DNA of 64,000 nucleotides, from assembly GCA_965649765.1 (NCBI GenBank), contig OZ287751.1, positions 28,644,001-28,708,000 on the forward strand, read 5' to 3'. Within the stretch, counting starts at the first letter, position 1. Each line of letters starts with the position of its first letter. The notes under the pieces are model-generated. The model saw only the letters and a program-made list of their open reading frames with translations. It searched no databases and was not told the DNA's origin. The position numbers were made by a program, and so were the translations under genes. Source of the stretch: Bispira polyomma (lineage: Eukaryota). Of this stretch, positions 51,801 through 60,800 are shown piece after piece.

Positions 51801-54800
51801 GAAAGATGGAGCATTCAGTGCATTTGGTGAAAGTGATGCCAGTGGCAGTACTTGGTCAGTAATCCATGCAATAATATATATAACCTTAATCTTACAGTGC
51901 TATCTTCAAGCTGAAATTTTAACTGCAGAAACATTCACTTTTTTAGTATTGCTAAGACTGTTATTGAATTGGGTCATTTGTATTATTTTAAAACTCCCCT
52001 TTCTTATGTTTCTTAATAAAATGCATGTATTTTACAGTTGGGAGCTCTCCTGACAAATTAATAATGGCAGTAAGCAAGAGTGTTCTGTGGAATTCCTCTT
52101 CACGTCATTAGAGGCAGTATAATTAGACTGTTATAAAATTATCATGATCAAACAAATAAAACAAATACTTACATATGAGTATGTACAGTCTCCTGAGTTT
52201 TGCCAACCCTTCACCACCTCCCTATTCTAAAATAAAACTCAATGTTAGCATCAAAGGAAACAGCTTTGATGGATATAATGCACAATCGAGTTACACTGAG
52301 TCTACTCTACTGTATTGTAGCTTATTAGGCATAGTTAGGTATACTTTGTATCACAAAAAATTTGTAGTTCATTGTGAATTCATTTGTCATGCTTATGCTG
52401 AAAAGTAAATCAAATTTCACGTTTCATATTTTAAGTGCGATGACTTAAATATGTAAATATGTGTATGTATATTCACTTCTTTGATAACAAAACCACAATA
52501 ATGCTATCAGTCATTTGAAGAATATTCACCTATAGTAGCTCTGATATTAACAAGTGACCTTGACCTAGAATTTACCAGTTGTGTCAGCTGACACTGATAG
52601 TGACTCTCATCAAATGCTTCTTCTTCTGTCTATTGCACAGGCTTACCGCCTTCGTCATACGGTGTTTCCACCAAGCCAAGCCTTACATCACTATCGACCA
52701 GACCATCATCGACCAAGCTGTGAGGTTTATCATACGATACACTGGGGAAAGTAGAGAGTTTACGGTAATTATGCAGATATACACCTCTAAAGTAAAGATC
52801 ATTATACTGATGTTGAGATAAACTTGTAAAGTAAAGATTATTGTAAAACTCTATTATAGAAACTCGATCTCTTTTGGAAATCTTTATGGTTAAAAGATAC
52901 GTCCTTTTCTACAGAAATTGCAGATTATTTAAAAAAATGCCATGTCTTCTTTCTGGCCCTTTTGTATTTAGAAACCAAAGCTTTAGTACCTGATCGAAAC
53001 CTGCTATATATATGCAGTAGAACCTCTGTTATACAACCTTCTATTGTCTAAATATTCGATTTTATGAACTAAGTTTCACTCTCCCACATCTATGTTTCCC
53101 TACTTCTTTGTGCATAAATGCCACTTCTTTTTTATGAACCTTTTATTTGTCCGAACAAAAAAGTTATTGCTTTTCCAACATGTTTGAATAATAGAGTTTC
53201 TACTACGTATCAGAATTTCTACTGTTACAATGTCAATATAAAATAGCTATTGTTATTAATATTATACATTCTTATACTTTAGTGGAGAATCTTAATTGAG
53301 TTCAGTGGGACGTAACATGTATTAATATTATTATTTTCTAAGTTAAATATGGTTAATGGTGAGTGTGGTACCTGTGTTTCCGTAAAGACGTTTCTCCGAT
53401 TTATTGAAGCTGAGTGCTCCACCCTCTACATGTATCTTTGTGATGTTTGTATGTTTACAGGAACCAGGCCGGGTGTCCAATTCTAGGTTACAAGGTGGAA
53501 GTTCTAAGGGTGTTAGTTTGACTGCTTACATCACAGCCAGTTTGCTGGAGAATAAAGAGGACCTTTCTTCAGTAAGAACATTAATTGTCTAGATTTTTAT
53601 GTTGCACTTTAATACTGCACTGAAATAATTTTAGGAGTCAACCCCTTATGTTGATAAGTTTATTTTCCATTAATGATCCAAAAAAATATGTAATCCTTCA
53701 AAGATTTTTTAAGGTCCACCCTCTTACTTGAGAATCCTGCTCAGGTACATATAAATTTATTTCTCAGGTTTGACGTAAAGGGATTAAACTGTGTTTAAAG
53801 GTGTAAAAACCATGGACATGGACCTCTTTTGTGTTAATATTAACCCTTTGTTGTTAGCCAGCAGCCAACAGCATTTCTCACTCCCAGAACCAGTCCCAGA
53901 AACTTTGTTTATTTCCCATTGGTTCCTGACAATGGAAAATTGTTGGTGCAGCAGAATCCCCCATTTAAAAAAATTAAAACGCGAGGTCGTTATTGAATGC
54001 TGGAAGTATTCTGTGGTGTGTGTTTCAGCAAGTCCAACTAGCTGTAACCTATTAAGGAAAAAGTTCCTTCAGGTGCCACTGATAGTTTTCGCTTATTAGG
54101 TTTGAAAGGGTTAACAACATGAAAGTCAAGTAAAAGCATTATACACATCTGACTCATTATCAAACTATAACTCTACATCTAACTTTCTTACCCCACAATC
54201 ATTAATGCCTTGAGGGAATATTGTTGTACAAATGTTGAGTATGCAGGCGGGTGGGTAGTCTGGCGGTTGTCTTCCTTAACTGGACTAGATCTCAAAAGAA
54301 CTTTTAACTGGAGTTCATATTTGATCAAAAATAGTCATTCAGGAGTACAGTTGTGTAATATCTCTTGATCTGACCTTAATTTGACCTTTGACTTTGAAAT
54401 TATGAGCCTGTCCTTTGAAATCTTGTCTGAACTAGATCACAGGAACTACATGTCACAGGAAGTACATATTTAGTTTACATATCCAAAAATAAATGTAGAT
54501 GTGGAACATCATTGTCTGAAGTTATTTTGTCCTTAGACCTTTGACTTTTACCTTCGAATTTTGTGTGGGTAATATATCTCAGTAATTGCTTCATACATCT
54601 CAAAGAAGGTTTAGAGGTGCTACAAATATTCTCTGGGAAGCATTGTTGTGCAATATCAATCCTCATTTTGAGCTGAAAAACATTTTTTGGGGCTACAGTT
54701 GAGTAACTTTTATTAGCCGAAATAACTGGGTTATTTAAAATATTCTCTGGGGAGCATTGTTGTGCAATATCATGGTTTGTCCTCATTTTGACCTGAAAAA

Positions 54801-57800
54801 CATTTTTTGGGCTATAGTTGAGTAACTTTTATTAGCCGAAATAACTGGGTTATTTATATAAATCATGTGGTGATCAAGTTTCAGAAACCTTAATTTCTAC
54901 ACAATTGAATTCAATAAACTTTACCTATTTTTGGTGATCTAGTCAGGTCCCATTTTGGTTATATGCATTTTTAGTACCTTAACTTATTCACATGCAAAGT
55001 TCTATGTCATGCATGCATAAGTCTACAAAATAACAAATAGTCTTTGATTTAAGGTATTTATATTGTATTGTTAGTTTTAGAGACTTTATTCTGTACACCA
55101 ATTTGGTACATTTGCCATTGAACTTGCAGGATATTTTCTATTCTGCTGAGAGAGCGATTCAGTCAGCCATCATATATCTAGAAGGTCAATTAGAGGACAT
55201 TAAAACTGACCCTTATGTCCTTTCACTGGTGACCTACACATTAACACTGGGAAAGAGCCCCAAGGCTGCTCAGGCTTTGCAGTATCTAAATGATCTGGCT
55301 ACAAATAATGGTAAGTGAAGCAGACGCTATCTAATCTAATCATACTTTTATAGCGCTATATCTTCGTACAACAAATTCTAAGGCGCAACTAACCTAAGCA
55401 TTAATCAAAAAAAAAAATGTGGAATGGATGGTGGTCATAACCAGAAAGACTACCGGGATGGTTGCAACGGCCTAGGGGGAAAGGCCTGTTCGAAAAGATA
55501 GGCCTTCAGCTTACTCCTAAAAGAGGAGAACGTTTAAGCCAAGCGAACATGATCAGGCAGGCTGTTCCATATGAAGGGGCCATCGCGAGCAAGGCAATGA
55601 TTAAAATGTACTTTGGATTTGAGGATGTGGGGGTTGAAACTGGGAATATTAACATATAATTTATCAGGGTTACTGTGCCTAGTCCTGACTGAGCATGTAT
55701 ATTTGAAGAGATGGGGGCTGAAATAGGTGGGTGATCCAGAATTTAGAAATTTGTATATAATTGTTGCAGTTTTGAAAGCAACACAATATTTTATTGGGAG
55801 CCAGTGTGGAGTGACTTGAGTACAGGAGTAATATGAGAAAATTTATTTCTAAACCAATCAATTTTAGAAATTTATTACTTAACCAATTAATTTTAGAGAA
55901 TTATGTTATAATAAGTAATGTTGTATTGATTATCATTTATAACCTCTTTTATCCTTATTGGTAGAACACAATTTTGTTTAGATAACACAGAAAGTTTATT
56001 AAATAGACAAATTTAGTATAAAACAATAGGAAACTGGCTATGTTGGGAGAGTGAATTTACATATTTGAATATTTGGATAATAGAACTTTTGATAGTAATA
56101 GAGGTTATTTTGTATAAACTCATAAACAATCTAACCTCCATTATACACAATAAGTGTTAAAAGTTGATCAGTGCATGAATATAATTATGTCGTTGTTTTG
56201 CCTTACTTTCGATACCACACTGAGTCACTCCCTTTTTTTAATTGTACAGAATACTGAAAAAAGCAAAGCTTTCAAAGTAACTTTCAAGGAAACACAGTCA
56301 ACATGCTTTATATGAAAATATAACTACCAAGTCACTACTAGCAATGACATGTTTCTCAAATACGAAATGAAAGAGTAGCATCTCCTTCAAACAACTTACA
56401 TACTTTATGTACAAGAACAAACACAATTAAATTAAGTTTTATTTAAATTTTATTACTTTAATATGAGTAATAACAGCATCGGGGGGGCTTTGGATTATTT
56501 TTTCACACATTTATTAAAGAAATCAATTTGGATATGTGTAACATAGTGTGAAATCATGGTAATATGTATCAATTCAATTATCTATAGACTATCTAGATGC
56601 TTAACTGTAACACAGATTTTGACATTTGGTAAAGCTTGAATTGCAAAGTGGTAGATGCTAAAATGTGGAACACTTAAAATCAGTCCAAGAAGGCTCACAA
56701 CTTATTTGTAAACAACAGTTGTCCTTTAAAAAGACACAGGCGAACAGTATGATATACAGTCGAACCCCTTTAAGTAGAATTCTGTTAAGTCATATTCCCT
56801 GTTATGTGGAGACAAAATTGAAGTCCCATGAATGCCTTTTCCTTTCAAATTTACCCTGTTAAGTGGAAATCCTGCTTAAGTAGAGGTATTATTCCTGGTT
56901 CCTTGAAGTTCTACTTAAAGGGGTTCAACTGTACACAAACATTGAATATGATTACTATATACTCAGACAAATCTGACACCCTTCAGTTTAAACAGGTCGA
57001 TTGCTTCCATACTCAGTTTGAACAAGCCGATTGCTTTCAACCAATTCATGAAGGCCTTGCATATTATTTCTAAAATGGCGTTGACTTTTTCAATGGCGGC
57101 ACCCTTTTCAGAATGAAAACAACATGAGACTGCACCTTTTTTTTCATATATATATATATGTCACAGGCCAAATTAAAATTCAGGCGGATTTTAAATCAAA
57201 ATTTTAATTTGGTCTAGGCAGATTTTAAATCCGCCTAGGCGAGATTAAAATTTTGATTTTGCCTAGGCCGAATTAAAATTTCTAAGTTTGTCTAATAGAA
57301 TTTTAATCTCGCCTAGGCGGATTGACCAATCTGACATATACACACATATACATTACAATACAATATATAGACATACGCACATACATAAAAGGAACAAAAG
57401 ACATACTGATCTTGATTTAAAATAAAAAATTAATGAATGACATTTTGTATAAAAATCCAGTTTTACAGAATTAATCAATAATTTTTAAAGAGAAAGGAAG
57501 GTAAGGTTTGATTCTTACAATAATATAAAAATGTGGCTTAAGGTTTCCACCAATTTATTATTCACCCCTTTAAATTTGTAGAGGTTGTATAAAGCCTTAG
57601 TTCTTCTTTATTTCGATTGAAAAAACATGGTAGAATATAGGTTTATTTTTTAGTATTTATGACCTTGCTATATCAATTGACTTACACGATTGGATCATTG
57701 ATTTTTCTGTTGTGCTTTACAAGATGCCTAGCATCAATAAAGTGCGTTGAAAATGCATAATAATAATAATAACAGTATTTATGTGAAAAATATGGTATTT

Positions 57801-60800
57801 TTAGGCAGAGAGACTTATTGGAAGAAGGAAGAGGAAGAGAGAGAGATTGAGCCATACTATTGGTGGAGGTATCGCCCAGCCAACGCCTACAATGTAGAGA
57901 TGACATCGTACAGCCTCCTCACTTATACAGAGATGGGCAAGGTAGTAGAAGGTTCTAAAATCGTGTTCTGGCTGGCGAAACAAAGGAACAGCTTAGGGGG
58001 ATTCAGATCTACACAGGTGAGCCAATGCTACATTTCGTTGTTCTACTAACAGTATCTATCTTAAGGTGCTATGATGTGTAAGATTATTACAATTTAATAA
58101 ATGCAGTTGAGCCCCTTGTCCCTGGTAACAACCCTTTTTCTGTCCACCACAATATGACTACTGAACAATGACTTTAGTTGTTGCGCTGTATGGAGAATAA
58201 AAGCATTTACGGATTAGATTAGTCGAATCTCAAGGGACCAGGAGAAGTACATCTACTTAAGCAGGATTCTCACTTAACAGTGAGGCGATACTGTGATAAT
58301 GGCGATAGTGTGATTATGATAAAGCACTGAAGGATTTGTATTATTTGAAGTTGTATAATCCAAATATTGATCAGTTTATTAAACTTTTTTTGCACATAAT
58401 ATTTTGAACTTTATAACGATGGATGGCCTAGTGGTTAGATGCATTTACTGGAGACCTGACGGAGGTGTAGTGATAAGACACTTGCCTCAAACTCCTGCTG
58501 TCATGGGCATGCTGCATATGATATACATTTGGCAGTAGACTTGCTGATGGATGATAGTTTTGAAAAGAAAAAAGGGACGTTTCCCTGAAATAAACAAATA
58601 GATGCACTTACTTTTGCACAATCCCCCAAACTCAAACTGTGACACTATTATACTACAAGTAAATCATCACATCTATTATTGTCATACTGAAAGATTCTGA
58701 CTCTTCAGATGATAGAGGTTTGTAACCTTTCTGTGTGTATATGTTTTTTAGAGTTGAACTAGAATATCTGCATTCTATTTTATATCTTCCAAAGTTTTAG
58801 TAAGCCACCGTTGGTATGGTACTGGAGATACTATTTATTGCCTGATATGTATGTAAATCACAAGGTATATAACCTAATACTTTGTTATATAGGACACAAT
58901 AATTCCTCTACAAGTCAGTTTAAGTAGAATAATATAGGTATGGGCACAGCATAGATCTTCAATACTTTGTTATATAGGACACAATAATTGCTCTACAGGT
59001 CAGTTTTAGTGGGCTAATAAAGGTATGGGCACTGCCATAGATCTTTTTACAGTTCCAAATTAATGACAGCACTGCGCATGTCTGCTATTAATTCTGGGAA
59101 AAAGTCCCCCCCCCCATAAACAATCAGATGTCAAAGTTTGAAGACACCTGTGAGCTGTTCTTACAATAATTAACTATTAAATATTTAGGTACTAAAAGAC
59201 ACACGTTTAGATTAATTACAATACAAATTGACCATTGTATGCGGAATAAGGGGATTAGCTTTACCCATAATGCATAGCATGTTCCCACTGACTCCTTAAC
59301 CATAAGAAGGTCTATATGAGGATCGGCGTTTCCCGTTTGTTTTAAATGTGAAAAACGGCAATTTTTATTGGTAAAAAATTGAAGTATTCTAAAAAATAAT
59401 CCAGTTGAATATAAACAGATTGTGTGTTAAAAATTAATCAACAGCAATATAAACTGCTTAGCATTTTTTTAAATGCCTATATTTTTGTGAGGTACAACTA
59501 CTTTTAGTTTGGTACTGTGGGCTTTCTTACGTCCTCGATATCCCATGCATTGACCATACATACAGTCTAATTAGATATAACTCACAAGGTGTATATGTCA
59601 CTTTATTATACAGGACACAGTGATTGCTCTCCAGGCCATGTCAGATTTCCAGTCTGCACTAGGAGTGACCGAAGAACAAGAGATCAACATCCACTTGCAA
59701 GTAGATGACGTGGAGCACACCTTCCAGACCATTAACTCAGACAACGCACTTCTACTCCAGTCTTACGAGGTAGGATCTTGCCGGACTGCTAAGGCTATAG
59801 CAAAGATTTGAATTATATCAATTTAGTGGCACCCCCTTAAAGAGGTTTATATCAACCAATTTGAAACCTAAATTATTGTACAATGTATTTCTTTTTTGCT
59901 TAAAAGTCAAATAGTGGGACATGTATTTCTTTATTTGTGGTCACTTCCATGGCCTAGTGGTTCGACTCCTGGTGAAACAATAATGGTCAATGCTGGTTAC
60001 ACTCTTGACCAACATTTGTACACGCCATTGCTGATGATGACTATTTAACTATGTATTAGGATTACAAATGTTATTATTATGAATTTTCAACGCGCTTTGT
60101 TGATGCTAGGCATCTATTAAAGCGCAACAGTAGAATCAGTGATCCAATCGTAAAATCCATGGGCATAGCAGAGTTGTAAGGAAAGAGGTGGGAGCGTGCA
60201 CAAGGTAAGCTAAGGTGGGTAGGCAAGGTTAAACAGATGGGTTTTAAGCTTTTTTATAAAACAGATGAGTGTATCAACTGATCTGAGGTCAACTGGGAGA
60301 CTGTTCCATAACAAAGGAGCTGCAAAGGAGAACGCTCTGGATCCCGCCTTCCTGATGGGTCTGACCGAAGAAACAGAGAGTCTGTTGCCTCTCTTGCGGT
60401 CACTAAAAGAGAAAAGGGAAGCCAGGTAGGAGGGCCATCGAGTGACTACAGCCTTAAAAGTGGTGGTGTGTATTTTGAACGAAATAAGAGAGTGAATAGG
60501 TAGCCAGTGTAATTTTTTGAGGTAAGGATTGACATCTAATAATGATTTTTTGATTTTGATGGTGTTCTTTAAAGATGTCTGACATCAGGATGGCATGTTA
60601 AAATATACAATAGAATAATAAAACTGTTATACCTCTTTCTTCAGGTTCCCTCAGCCATTCATAATGTCACCATAGAAGCCACTGGTAAAGGGATTGCCTT
60701 ATTGCAGGCGAGTTTTTTCTGGTATTTACATTCTACAAACAAAATCAACAGAAATATTTTTCCTTTATTTGTTTGAAAAAGAAACAAGTGCTACTTGTGA

